Source of the DNA: Bigelowiella natans CCMP2755
Lineage: Eukaryota > Protista > Cercozoa
Reading direction: 5' to 3'
DNA length: 56,156 bases
Assembly: GCA_000320545.1 (NCBI GenBank)
Contig: ADNK01003048.1
Location: forward strand, 1-56,156
The position numbers and the translations under genes were made by a program. Of the stretch, positions 13,544-25,552 are shown piece after piece (the stretch's first letter is position 1; the number at the start of each line of letters is the position of its first letter). Below the pieces are notes generated by a model. The model searched no databases, had not been told where the DNA came from, and worked only from the letters and a program-made list of their open reading frames with translations.

Positions 13544-14618
13544 ATGGGATTGGCCCATCCCAGAAAACGCGTCGTTGTCGAGTCACTAGGTCACATGCCC
13601 CCGACCCAATTGGCTACACTGATGATGAGCATTGATCGAATGAAAGACAAACCTATGTAGGACCAACAGAAAGAGGAAACGATGCTTACAATTTCCTCAA
13701 AATACTCGGCGAATACGGCCCTCCACTCGCCGTTCGGACGAACCTAAACTGGTCCAAGCTCTCATACGTCAATGCCGATTTCGTGTGCTGGCGATTCCGG
13801 AAAGGCCTCGCCTTGAGGGTTGTCCAGAATGGAGAAAAATGCGACGCCATGGTGTTTTTGATCAGCTCTGTGCTTTCACCGAACTCTCTCGCAGAGTGCA
13901 AAAAGGATTTCATGAGGATCTGGAATGCTGGGCTGAAAAATGCTCCTAACACAGCCATGTTGTTTCTGCTCGACAAGCTTGACACGAGGGGTGCCATGAA
14001 CCCGAAAGACATCGTGGAACACGTGCTCGGTTTCAGAGCAGAAACGAAGGCTGACAACGGGGATAATCACGGTAAAGACAGCGCGCGGAGCTATCGGTTC
14101 TTGTTGCGTGATAAATGCATGTTCTTAGGAAACTGTAGGTTCAAATACGGACTTGGGACGCGTGTGCAGGCGATGGGAATCAATTTGCTGAGGTTTAGGA
14201 GCTTCGGTACCCAACAATGCATTTCATCGCCCAAGCTAGCAAGCCTGCAGCCAAGCCGCTTTTTGCAGACATTCTTTCAACCTAATTTTTGACCTAAATA
14301 AACTACTGCATGCACTGCACATGATGGACACATGCAGGCTTGCGACGCGCAATGGATTGGCTGTCGAGTGCGGCAGGGGTCGAACACGATATCGAAGAGT
14401 CCCCAGATCTCATGCTGGAGTGCGACAGGAAGGCTAAGATCGATCAGGTGCTAAGAACATGTTTATCGCCAACGCTTTCGATGCTCATTCCGTCTGTGCA
14501 CCGGGCTTTGGGCAGCACCAAATACGAGCCGATTTTCCGAGCCCCCTCCTCGCGTGCGGGGAGACGCAGTGCACCGATGCCAGTAGCCAATAGCACTTTC
14601 ATTGTTGATTCAGAATGA
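13544..14618 (+). CDS. Divergent ARF/ARL-family small GTPase-like protein with degenerate G motifs
   Basis: Spliced product MGLAHPRKRVVVESLGPTERGND...NWSKLSYVNADFVCW...CDAMVFLISS...AMLFLLDKLDTRGAMNPKDI...GLRRAMDWLS follows the ARF pattern NVETVEYKNISFTVW / GLIFVVDS / LLVFANKQDLPNAM / GLYEGLDWLS. The start codon is uncertain. Confidence 0.65.
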
Positions 14619-14619
14619 A

Positions 14620-15745
14620 CATGCAACACAGTGCGTGTTGTTACTTGTGCACAGGGACACATGTTTCCATGTGTGAGACGGATGTAATGAAGTGACAAAA
14701 TCTTTTCAATGGTCATCCTAATGTAGCTATGCAAAGCTGCGGCTACAGCGCTTAGCTAGCTTAGGTTCAGTCCACTTGTCTTGTCCATTGCTGTGTTCCA
14801 TGCATTTGAAAGCATCTGCATCCTGTCGTCGATGTCGTGCGGCACGTGTAGCGGTCCGTGCCTCTTTTTCAGGTTCAGTCAGTCGTTCCGTCTCATCGTT
14901 CCGATTCATGATGGCATTCAATTGGTTTCGTAGTCTGAGCTGTTGGTGTTTGATGCATGCCGCACATTCTAGCATTGCTATAGCAGATCGGAGGAGGCTG
15001 GTCCATGCTAGCATCATGCTTCCGTTACACCGCCGTGTCCACGTGTGTCAACTGCTGTCACATGCTCTGGCGGATGCTGCTGATTATAATGCAATGAGCA
15101 CATTGCAACAGATCAACGCAAAGTGTGTCCGTTGCGGTGCTGCTGGATGCTGCGCCCTTCGATTTGTCGAAAGTTTTGATCATTGCGCCAACACATCTGC
15201 ATTGCACAGTTGGACCTAGCTAGCTAGAGACAGCTCTAGAGCTACGTAGCAGTTATGTGAGGATGATCATTGAACAATGAATTCAATTTGATTGATTGCA
15301 TCCATCTCACCTCCGTCTCGCCCTTCTAGCAAGCTGTAGCAGCAGCTAGCTAGCCTGTGCTAGTGTGCAGGAGCGAGCTGCAAGTGGGTCCCATGTTGCA
15401 ACTCCATCAAATTGGCGATTCCAACAATGATGTTGCATTGCTCATTCCAGTGTTGTTTGCGCCCATGCGCTGCGCTTCATTCGTGCATTCTGGCAGCATT
15501 CACTTAGCGTTTTGGAAAAATGGAATTGGGTGAAAAACTCCAGGCTAGCAGGAACGCTACGCCACAATGACACTTTTTGCACCAAGACGATTTTTTTGTC
15601 CACGCACATATGCGCAGCCACAATTGCCAAGCTAGCAAGTTACTACAAACTGTAGCTCCAGGAGACACAATTTTCTTCTGCTCAGTGCAATGCCATCAGC
15701 AGTGGGGGTAAATACGATGATGTGCACATTGCGTTCTCAACGTGT
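14620..15745. mobile_element. Degenerate TpA-depleted repeat block
   Basis: TG/CA-rich with many CTAG. Segment 15261-15308 is homologous to 23810-23857. Confidence 0.6.
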
Positions 15746-18694
15746 TCAATAAGAAGTTTTAGCAGCAAAAATAGACCATTTAACCTTTATGCGAGAAGAA
15801 CCCAACACATCGGACTTCCTGCTACCACTGCTACCCTCTGTTATGAGATCCTGATTTATTACTACTGGAAGGTTAAACAGATCTTCTTCTCCTGAATCAC
15901 CAACACCTTTTCTCGTAAGGAACGTCAAGGGCATGCGTATCACCCCAACTATGCTAGGTTGATTGTCTTCTATTGCATGCAGGGTTAGAGTTAAGAATAA
16001 GGAACTACTACTTGAACTAATACTGGTACCAATAGGAGGGGGATTATTAGCTGGGTCTTTATCGTCGTCGTCGTTGCCATCATAGTCATAAAAGTATGCC
16101 GATTTTCTGTCTTCATTCAGTAACTCAAAGCTCCATTTGCCGTTTTCTTCTCTTTCTTGTTGATTGATTCGGGAGGGTAACAAAGCAGGACAGGATGCAC
16201 TAATACTTGCTATTGTATCTGGATCGAATCCTTGTGATGATACCTCTTCATTCTCATCAATTGAATAATTTCGGTGAAGATCTATCTCGATAAGAGCACG
16301 CTTAGGTACGAATGAGTTGCTTTCTGTAAGACTTCTTACAGAATTGCTATTCTTACTACGATCATCCCTTCTTTTTCTACTACTATTGGCAGGTAAGTGT
16401 CGTTTCTTGTCCAAATGCTTCTTATCACTGTCACCATTAGCAAACACAAGCTGCTGCTTCTCAGTGGGAGGGGAAAGTCCAGGCAAGGGCCAAAGAGATG
16501 CTATATGATAATCAAGAATACCAATAACATCCTGTGCCTCTCTTCTTCTACCACCACCATCATCACCATCTTTAGCCAGCACATGAGCGCTGCTAGCAAC
16601 AATTTGACAGCTTCCAGAGAGAGAACCAGTAGGATTCATGAGTAGGCCTTTTGCTGGAATTTTGGCAATACCTAGCGTGGCCATATTTGTTTGCTTGCCG
16701 TCATCGGTTTCATAATCATCATCATCGCTATAATATCTTGAATCTTGATCATCATCGTCAGCCTGCACTAACAGCTCCACCATAATTTCAGCTGTTTGGA
16801 GGGCATTTATAAGAACTGCATCCGTTTTAACCCGATATTGCACAGTCAAGTTGTATTCTGGCGTTTTTCCTCCAACTAAATGAGAATGTTCTGGAGCAAA
16901 TGTCATAAAGTCTGTGGTGATACAAGTTAAGAGGTCGTCTCCAAACCCCTTAGTATTTTGGATGGTAGCTCGCATAATTCTAACGGAAATGATATTCTCG
17001 ATAACATTGGCTGACACTGGTGCTGACACTATGGGAGAAGGCAGTGATGGTGCTTCAATCCCAATGTTTTGCTCTGCTCTTCTTCGGTTCTTTACCAGAG
17101 CAGATGTGATTGAGAACATCGATGATGCAACAGAAGCGTTGTCTTCATTGAACGGTACGAGCAACGATGACTTCTTCGCTTCTGCCAGTAAGACCTTGAG
17201 TCTTTCAATTTCGGCATCCTTTGATGCTACCTCAGACTTCTGGTCGTCGATCGTACGTTGTTGAATGACAAGAAGCTTCCGCTTCGATTTGAGCTCCAGC
17301 GACAGTTCTTGATATCTCGCTTCTAAGCCATGAAGCTCTTTTTGCATACGAGGGTCTGCTGCTGCTGTTGAGCCAGTGTCGATACCATATACGCTTGATG
17401 GATTATCTCGTCGTCTCCTGACAATCTCAAGAGCGGCCTGCAGATCTTTGACATCGACGGCATTGGTCCCGAAAGTGCCATGGCCTTCCAGGATGGCAAT
17501 TCTTTCCTTCAAACCACCAAGTTGCTGTTTTGCAGAAAGAAGAAGGTCTTGCGTGTTGAGATGAACAAGCCTGTATTTTTCCTTGGCTTCCTTCTCATCT
17601 TCTACCTGAATCTTCAGTGCGCGACATTCCCTTCGCGTTTTTTGCAGTTCTTCTATTGTCTCATCTAGCATTCTTTTTGCCTTTACTTCCTTTGCTTGAT
17701 GTTTGGTGATCATGTCTTGGATTCTCTTCTCTTCCAATCTATCGCCTCGGAGAGCACTGGTATGCAAAGATTCTAGACGTCGAGCAAGCTCTTCCTTTTC
17801 TGCTCTTGTGTCGCCTAACATAGCTTCAAGTGCTGTCACATGATGGCTCTGCATTTCGTAGTTCTTGATATCACGACTATACTTAAGCAGCTTTTCTTTT
17901 GCAAGTAGCAATTGGTCTCTTTGGCGTTTGCACTGTTGGACTGCTTGTATTTGAATCTGTTTCTCAGCTCGCACACTCACTCGAAGTTGTTGGAAGTGAG
18001 ACTGTAACAATGATATTTTGGCCTTTTTCTCACGAAGTTGCTCCCATAGCATTTCGATTTCCTTAACATTCCTTTCCTTCTCTGACTTGAGACTCTCAAT
18101 CTCTTTTAGCTGCACGATGCCCTTGTCGTGTATAATTTGTGTATTCAGGTCACTATATCTTTTCTCAGTTTGAATTTCTTTTGTCATGATTATTTCTTTT
18201 GCCCTTCCTGGACGGAAGCTCTTGTTACCCCCTCCTTTGCTACCTTGATTGTGTTTCCCCTCTAATGTCGTGAGCGACAACGAGGTTGTCTCTGAATCTG
18301 CTGTTGCCGCCGCTGCTACGATAGGCGCACGATTCTGTTCATCTTGTATGCTATCGTCAGCAGTGTCGGTTTTTAAAGCTTGTACAAGCAGTTGGAGATT
18401 TTGCTTGGTGGCTGACAAGCTTCCCTCCCCTCTGTTCGACGGCAACTTTGGACCGATTCGTGATGAAGACGCGTCATCCCTTCTCTTTTTCCTTCCGTCT
18501 AGATCTTGAGGTTCCCTATGTGAGAAAAGATCTCTTCCATTTGCCAGTCGCTTAGTATCCCTCATATACCGAGTTTTAAGCTTCTTATAGCGCGTTCGAA
18601 TCTCCTCGTTCTCCTTCAAAAGGTTGATCTGGCGACTGCGAAACCTAAGAACTTGGTCTTCAAGCCGTCTAGCTTTTACGTTTTTGGGGTCCAT
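15746..18694 (-). CDS. RPGRIP1L: RPGRIP1L/fantom-like ciliary transition-zone protein (coiled coil + C2)
   Basis: 982-aa ORF. N-terminal LEDQVLR...LLKE...KKLKTR coil, long coiled coil, then ENIISVRI...TDFMTFAPEHSHLVGGKTPEYNLTVQYRV, which matches the first C2 domain of the RPGRIP1 family. The ATG directly follows an AG, so an upstream exon is possible. Confidence 0.75.
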   Translation of the reverse strand: MDPKNVKARRLEDQVLRFRSRQINLLKENEEIRTRYKKLKTRYMRDTKRLANGRDLFSHREPQDLDGRKKRRDDASSSRIGPKLPSNRGEGSLSATKQNLQLLVQALKTDTADDSIQDEQNRAPIVAAAATADSETTSLSLTTLEGKHNQGSKGGGNKSFRPGRAKEIIMTKEIQTEKRYSDLNTQIIHDKGIVQLKEIESLKSEKERNVKEIEMLWEQLREKKAKISLLQSHFQQLRVSVRAEKQIQIQAVQQCKRQRDQLLLAKEKLLKYSRDIKNYEMQSHHVTALEAMLGDTRAEKEELARRLESLHTSALRGDRLEEKRIQDMITKHQAKEVKAKRMLDETIEELQKTRRECRALKIQVEDEKEAKEKYRLVHLNTQDLLLSAKQQLGGLKERIAILEGHGTFGTNAVDVKDLQAALEIVRRRRDNPSSVYGIDTGSTAAADPRMQKELHGLEARYQELSLELKSKRKLLVIQQRTIDDQKSEVASKDAEIERLKVLLAEAKKSSLLVPFNEDNASVASSMFSITSALVKNRRRAEQNIGIEAPSLPSPIVSAPVSANVIENIISVRIMRATIQNTKGFGDDLLTCITTDFMTFAPEHSHLVGGKTPEYNLTVQYRVKTDAVLINALQTAEIMVELLVQADDDDQDSRYYSDDDDYETDDGKQTNMATLGIAKIPAKGLLMNPTGSLSGSCQIVASSAHVLAKDGDDGGGRRREAQDVIGILDYHIASLWPLPGLSPPTEKQQLVFANGDSDKKHLDKKRHLPANSSRKRRDDRSKNSNSVRSLTESNSFVPKRALIEIDLHRNYSIDENEEVSSQGFDPDTIASISASCPALLPSRINQQEREENGKWSFELLNEDRKSAYFYDYDGNDDDDKDPANNPPPIGTSISSSSSSLFLTLTLHAIEDNQPSIVGVIRMPLTFLTRKGVGDSGEEDLFNLPVVINQDLITEGSSGSRKSDVLGSSRIKVKWSIFAAKTSY

Positions 18695-18851
18695 CTATGA
18701 CACTGAACCACCCAGGTAACCGAAGCAATAACTTTCAAAAGGAAGTAGTTCCGAGCTGCTTGAGCACAGGATTATTCTTCAATGCGTCATCACCTTTAGA
18801 ATATTAAAAAGACAATGGATAATTAGAACTCGGAAAAACACTAACCAGACG

Positions 18852-20252
18852 ATGGCTACTTTGTTAGTCCTTACTTTAAGATTCCTCTGCCATTTGGGGG
18901 GGGGCGTGCGAAAAAGAAGTTTCGTTGACAACGGGTGTGAGCTATTATTACCCTATAGTTTTGTGATTTTTTCAGACATAAATTATATGGTAATTAATCG
19001 TGTAAAATTGGATGGATGTGGTGCGTCCATAATGTTGACGATGATGATTACATTCGTATCGTATAAAGTGTCTTGATTAAATCAGATATTTCTTCGATGA
19101 AATTCCATGGAATTATACCAATAATTATAACAGTACTTGGAACAAGCATTTAAAAAACATTTTTCTAACGGTACTTTCACTAGTGACTACTTAATGAGCA
19201 AATCCGTCTCGATCCTGGCGAATTCACATCTACGACATCGAGCATACTTTGTCTCCATACTCGAAATGTCGACATCCCGATTCTCTGCTTTTATCAGCTT
19301 GGACCCATGACGCAGAAGATAAATCTCATGTGTTATCAGCGTCGTTAAACTGATGTCGGAGAACGTGGGCAAATTCCAGAATCCTCCCCCCCCCCTATCT
19401 CCGACAAACGGCCGGATGACTTCTACATAAGTCAAAATGATGAGAGAATCTAAAGGAAAGGGGCATAGCACAATCGATGACGATTTCTTTTCTGAGGCAA
19501 GAGCCCCACAGCTAGGATTACCATTGAAGACCCCAGTCACTAACAGCTTCGACACCTTCCGAAGGTGATGGTGGCTTCCATCACACACTGCTGCTGCTGC
19601 TGCTGCGGCTACATTTTGACAAAGATGATAACACAAGAAAGATTAAGAAGTCCTCGTCGTCTTCAACGATAGTTATGTATAGAGGCGAGAAACTATTGGG
19701 AGGAAGTTAGCCTGCAGTCAATACTAGAATCAAAGAAGGTTGCCTCCTCCTCTCTAAACAGCCATCCTTTATATTCCTTCAGATACCGGGAAGTATCATG
19801 TTCATCACACCACGACGATGTGGGGAATGTCAGAGTGTTATTTATTCACGGGATGCAAGCTGATCCTAATCAATACAAAGCCCAGGTATACCACTACAAG
19901 ATTATGATCATGATCAAATCTTAATGTGAATGATAATCATCTTGAATATGTTCCTTCAGGTTGTTGCTGAAGCCGGTTTTAATCTTTTGGCACCTGATAT
20001 GGGGTGGGTTCTAATTGTTGAAATAGTGTGATGCCGTTGACGGTATAATGCCCTGTCTTATTTATCAGGACGAAATGGTTGTGCCTTGGTTCTCTATTTG
20101 CATTCGCAGCGATACTAGCGCTCATTGTGGTGCTCGGCCATACAGTCTATGAGAGGTGCTAGTACCACCAAGACGACGACGACGACGATGACGACTTTGA
20201 GTCACAACGTGCCCTGCATTTTCCAAATAGAATATACAATTCTACACAAGAA

Positions 20253-20290
<38 letters not shown>

Positions 20291-20717
20291 TTTTCTTTAT
20301 GTGTGTTCTTGTTCGTGTGTGTATGTATGTAGTGGATATATCTATGTGCATCAGCTGGTATTATTGTAAAAAATGGAAAATGAGATTTTTATGATTCAGA
20401 TCATGTTATATTTTTATTGTTACAAGGACAAGGAAGAATTCTCCAAACGTGAAATACATAGGTTGGACACTCTATGCAATTTTTGCTATCATCAGCATCT
20501 ACCTGGTAATAAATACAGCAGTTGCCTAAAAGGCAACGAATAATCATTTCGTGACGACTGAACTGGAAATAGTTACTATTCGATAGAAGTGACGATTAGA
20601 TGATGATGATGATGATGATGATGATGAGTATGGCGGTCATGCTTTGGATTAGTGATGGTGCAGTAGTGCGCAATGCAGTGGTGGTGGGAAAGAGCAGAGT
20701 GTGGAGAAGTAAGAGTA

Positions 20718-20751
<34 letters not shown>

Positions 20752-21818
20752 GTTATTATTATTATCACTTGAGATTCTGATTGAAGTGAGCGACATGCCA
20801 TATTTTTGAATTCGAGATTAGAAGTAGGTATTGTTGTTCTTGACTGACGATATTGGTTTTGTGCTGTTCAGTTTAATGTAGCTAATGCGTATGTATGGCA
20901 CGCGAAGTTCCATCAATGTGTGAAGCAGGTGTATAATTTTAGATTCACCGAAACGAAGAAGAGCCACCCAACACACAGAGAGAGAGAGGGAGAGGGGGGG
21001 GGGCTACGTATTACTATTATCAACTCAGTAAATACACTCTATAATAGTGGTGTTTAAGTTATGATACAAACATAGTGAAGAGAAGAAGTCGAGGAGGAGT
21101 TGTTTATGTTTTCCGGCACTTAAATTTAATAATTCGTTCCCCTGACACTGTTGATTATTTCTACACGCACAAGATGAGAAGGAATATCTTGGATCATAGC
21201 CCTCATGCTATTGTCGCATCCTCTTTTGGAGCTGCTGTTACGGTAATCATCGAAGGATGTTGTGATCTGTGATATGAATGGGGTCAGTGAATGGGGTCAC
21301 ATTCCAGGAGCTTTCTCACGATGACGACGATGATAATGGTGGTTATGGATGGGCAGGTTGAATTAATGAATCAAGGTCACTGGAGAGGGGCTACAATCCT
21401 CCTGAGGTAGGTTTTGCCCAACACTACTTCATATGGATTCAGAGCGTGTGATACAAACCATAATATGAAACATTGATGTCGTGATAGATATTATCACACT
21501 AAGTATTATTATCATCATATTGTTAGTCCTGCTGTTGATCGTGTGCATCGCATGATTGTCCGGGGAGGCCCTGATAGCAGCTTGCCAAACATTCCAGGTA
21601 GTAATAGTGATGTTAGCAATGACGATAATGATGAAAATAATAATAGTAATAATAATAGTAGAAATGAGATACTACTACTCTCTCACGAATGGTATATGAC
21701 ACGAATGGTGTGTGAAAGCTGTTCATGGAGTCGGCGTGAGTATAATCCATGGCCATGGCGATTGGATTGCTCCTTTCAAAGATTCACTGAGACTATTTAG
21801 GTCAAGTAGTAGTGTAGT

Positions 21819-21856
<38 letters not shown>

Positions 21857-22336
21857 TGGAAGAAGATGATGATAATGATAATGATGATGATGATGATGAT
21901 AGTCTGTAGTAGTAGCAGCACTAGTTAGGAGCTTAAGTTAAACATGATGAGCGGTGTTAAGCATTCTCTTTTGGTAGCAATGCTAATGTCCCTGTCACCA
22001 TCTCACCATTCAGTGATAGCAAAAGTGTTGGGCAATTTATAGACGCAGGAAGGTCTGCATATTAGTAATAATAGTCCTGATGAACGATGACGGTGATAAT
22101 GAGGAGGAGAGCATATGACGTATTTGTAGAGAGTGTGGGTGATAGAGGTAATGCTTTGAAACGACAGTGCTCATCTGATAGTAGTAGTAGTAGTAGTAGC
22201 AGTAGTAGTAGTAGGTAATAGTGGTGGTGGCAGTAGTATTGTTATCACCTAATTTATTCTACTATTATCAATTAATAATAGGGATGGTCATTTCTTGAGT
22301 TCATGGAATGATCCCATGGTATTGTTAAAAATATAG

Positions 22337-22371
<35 letters not shown>

Positions 22372-23140
22372 GTGATGATGTTTCGATGCTGGATACGATT
22401 CAGCAATCAAACAGGCAACTGATTCTATGACCATGAATGAAAATATGTAGCTGTTTGCTACAAACTATTTAAGCATGCAAGTATATTCACTGTTCATCGC
22501 CGTTATATTGTGTGCTATTGCTATCATTATTGCTACAACCATATACGATGCTCACGTGAAGCCTGTTCGGGATATTTTCCTCTTTTAACATTTTTGTATC
22601 TATCTTTAGGATATGCTCGGTCTTGTATGTGATACAATAGAATTCGCAGCTGCAGGTTCGCTCTTCTTGCTATAATACCTACTTCCCTGTTCCGTAAGAT
22701 TTGAAAAATATTGACACAAATAATCCCGATAAAAATTAGGCCAGCGACTTTCTCCAATGAAAACGATGTTCAAAGCAAATAGTGGGGAGGGCTCTCCAAT
22801 GTATAGTTTCCCATCAAAAAGGAATAATGTCAATGAAAAGGTAACAACTCGGCACCTTGAGTTGGAGATAAGAATCAGAAAATACATAATACCTCTCATC
22901 AGAACGCTAGGGCTAGCAATGAATTGGAAGATTATCTCAGCGTTGATGATGCCATCTTAAAGGCAGATGGCAGTAGCCATTGTAACAGCAAGAAAGGTCT
23001 TCTCTACATATTCTACTACTACTCAAATCAAATTGCATTCTGCTAATATCTTTTCATGTATTACATATACCTATACCGATTTATACATATGTATAAATTT
23101 TTGATTATACACACTATACACACATGTGTGTTATATGTGT

Positions 23141-23184
<44 letters not shown>

Positions 23185-23444
23185 TATATTCAACATGTAT
23201 TTGATCTATGTAACATTTTCCATCACCAAGCGATTTTCATTACAAATTTGTCGTTGAAAATTACCTGCAGCTGTATGGCCGACTCATCAAAAAGGATTAC
23301 AAAGGCGAACAGTCAGAGGTATCTAATTTATGGACGTTACGTGCAGCACCAGATTGCCTCTATTTACTGCTATCGTTTCTTTTTCTTTGTTTCTTCAATA
23401 ATTGGCAGCAATTTGATAGCATTTGGAAAATGGGACACTCTTGA
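18852..23444 (+). CDS. Alpha/beta-hydrolase fold protein, multi-exon, with two hydrophobic segments
   Basis: Exons give VLFIHGMQADP, VVAEAGFNLLAPDMG, nucleophile elbow AIVASSFGAAV (~21190-21242), acid motif SIIHGHGDWIAP and DGHFL. Both gene ends are approximate. Confidence 0.65.
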
Positions 23445-23529
23445 TGTTGGTCTCCGTCGCTATAGCACACAAGAACAACGTCTTCACTATCACAATATTA
23501 CCAGCAGTCACGCAGATTGACCGATGCAT

Positions 23530-23875
23530 TGAGAGATTTGTAGTGATCGACTATATGTGCACTGTATGTACACATTCTATGCACACAATCATCGCAATAT
23601 CTCGGGTATCTGAACATATATCTAGCAATTATAAATTTAGCGTCGTACATGCTGTTTATACGTACGCGCATGTCCACTAAGATGTGTGTAGTGATGAAGA
23701 CCAACAGATTCAACATTAGCGCTGTAGCTACTGCATTGCACAGCTACAATACGTATATATCATATATCTTATATATATTATATATACTGTGTCTACAATA
23801 GCTACACGGGGATGACCATTATTGAACAAATTTAATTTGATTTATTACACCCGTCTTGCATGTGTATCGTACGAT

Positions 23876-23919
<44 letters not shown>

Positions 23920-24450
23920 TATGCTACGCTAGCATAGCTAGCTAGTCGTTGTAGATTGACGACATAGCACAAGATAATAACAACAAATGGACACACTACT
24001 ATCTAATACTGGAGTCTAGGAGTGTACTACTTGCTTCGAAAATGGTAGGCAAACATACGATTATGCGACGGATGTAATGCATGCATCTAGTGCATTAAAT
24101 TACTAGATTATGCAGCACACGTCATTTAAAGATCAACATTGTCGCGCATGCCTGATAATAGCTCCACGATGTTGTGTTATTGAAGTGAGCCTGCTTTACT
24201 ACAACTACAACTACCACTACAACAACTAGACAAGTTGTAAAACAAAGTCTTCTAGTCTTCTCTAATCTAATCTAGATATTCGCTTTCAAATAAACAGACT
24301 TATAATTCAATTTACTGCTGTCGCGACAATACTCTGCTGATACTTAAAAATGCGGCGGAACATGTTTAGCTAGCAGCGCATAATAACATCTATAAAATAC
24401 ACGCAGAGAAGTGCTAATTGAGAGAAACCATGCTACCATGCTATATAGAA
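23530..24450. mobile_element. Degenerate repeat block, weakly TpA-converted
   Basis: Shares a segment with 15261-15308 but retains more TA. CTAG- and CATG-rich. Confidence 0.45.
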
Positions 24451-24519
24451 TCCCGCATAACTGGTGATAATATCTCCTTATTACATAGCCATTGCTGCCG
24501 TGCTGTGTCACTAATAATC

Positions 24520-24798
24520 TCATGTTCGTCGAAAGAGATCCTCTTCATGCATTTCCTCCGCAGTGTCCCAATAGTCCTTATCATTTTCCCAGAACAGCGG
24601 TTTCCCATCAGGCAAGATTCCTGATTGAAGAATATCTTGTGCTATTTCCATCTCGTTCTCCTCTTCCTCCACGAGGAAGCTAATTTTATTCTCGACGCAG
24701 AAACGATGGAACTCCCACTGGTAGTGTAAAATATCCACAATCTTGGCTTCGTGCTCCGGCACAGTAACCGGTCTGATGTACACATGGAATTTTGCCAT
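24520..24798 (-). CDS. Hypothetical 92-aa acidic protein, single exon
   Basis: ATG-to-stop ORF with protein-like composition and no microsatellite. No recognisable family. Confidence 0.4.
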   Translation of the reverse strand: MAKFHVYIRPVTVPEHEAKIVDILHYQWEFHRFCVENKISFLVEEEENEMEIAQDILQSGILPDGKPLFWENDKDYWDTAEEMHEEDLFRRT

Positions 24799-25164
24799 GT
24801 GATCATCATCATGATATCATCACTATCAAGAGTAGTTGTTATTCTTTGCGGCTGTCTTCTATCTCTTTTTGGTGTTGAGCTGGTGTCTTACATCTGTCAT
24901 CATACATCATTATTACAGAGAGTGTTGCGTGTGTCGCCGGCATCACTATGTTGCAGTGTGGTCGAAGAAAAATATTGTATGAAAGGTAAAAAAAAACAGG
25001 TGATGATAATGGCGAGGAGGAGACAAGAACGTGAAGAGGTTTCATCAGCTGTTTGGTGTACGCGTGTTGAGATGACACGATGTGTGAGATTAGTTGTTCT
25101 GGTTCGATGCGAAATCATTAACAGTGAGTAATGCTACTAACAACGAGGCATACACGATTTTTAC

Positions 25165-25500
25165 TTGATGGAGGTTCCGTGTACGTCGTGTATGAATTCG
25201 TGAAGCATTTTTTGCACTTCCCTCTGTCGCTTAACAAGTGCCATACCCTCAAACTTGCTTGACACTATGTGAATGTGGAAGAAAGCACCACATCCGCCTG
25301 ATTAAAAGAAAGGCGTGATCACCAGTAAATCGTGATGATGATGGAATGTGTTTATATTGGTCAAGACGCTCATTTGGAAAAAGCAATTTATCATTACCTG
25401 ATGTGTCTTCTATATTGATGAATTCTGCTCCGAAATCTTCTAAGATCTTCTGCATGCCCACAACTCTCTCCTCTGAATTAAGAGTGCTGGCACTACTCAT
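25165..25500 (-). CDS. bolA: BolA-family protein (GGCG type); last exon unresolved
   Basis: Removing the intron at ~25298-25397 gives MSSAST...IEDTSGGCGAFFHIHIVSSKFEGMALVKRQREVQKMLHEFIHDVHGTSI, which carries the BolA signature. Confidence 0.85.
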
Positions 25501-25552
25501 CTTGCGGTTGAAATTGTGGCTAGTCTGAAATTTTAAAATGTAAAACCGTTGT

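Noticed and set aside
14727-15017. Transposase or reverse transcriptase remnant
   Set aside because: No catalytic motif is recognisable, so the element class cannot be assigned.
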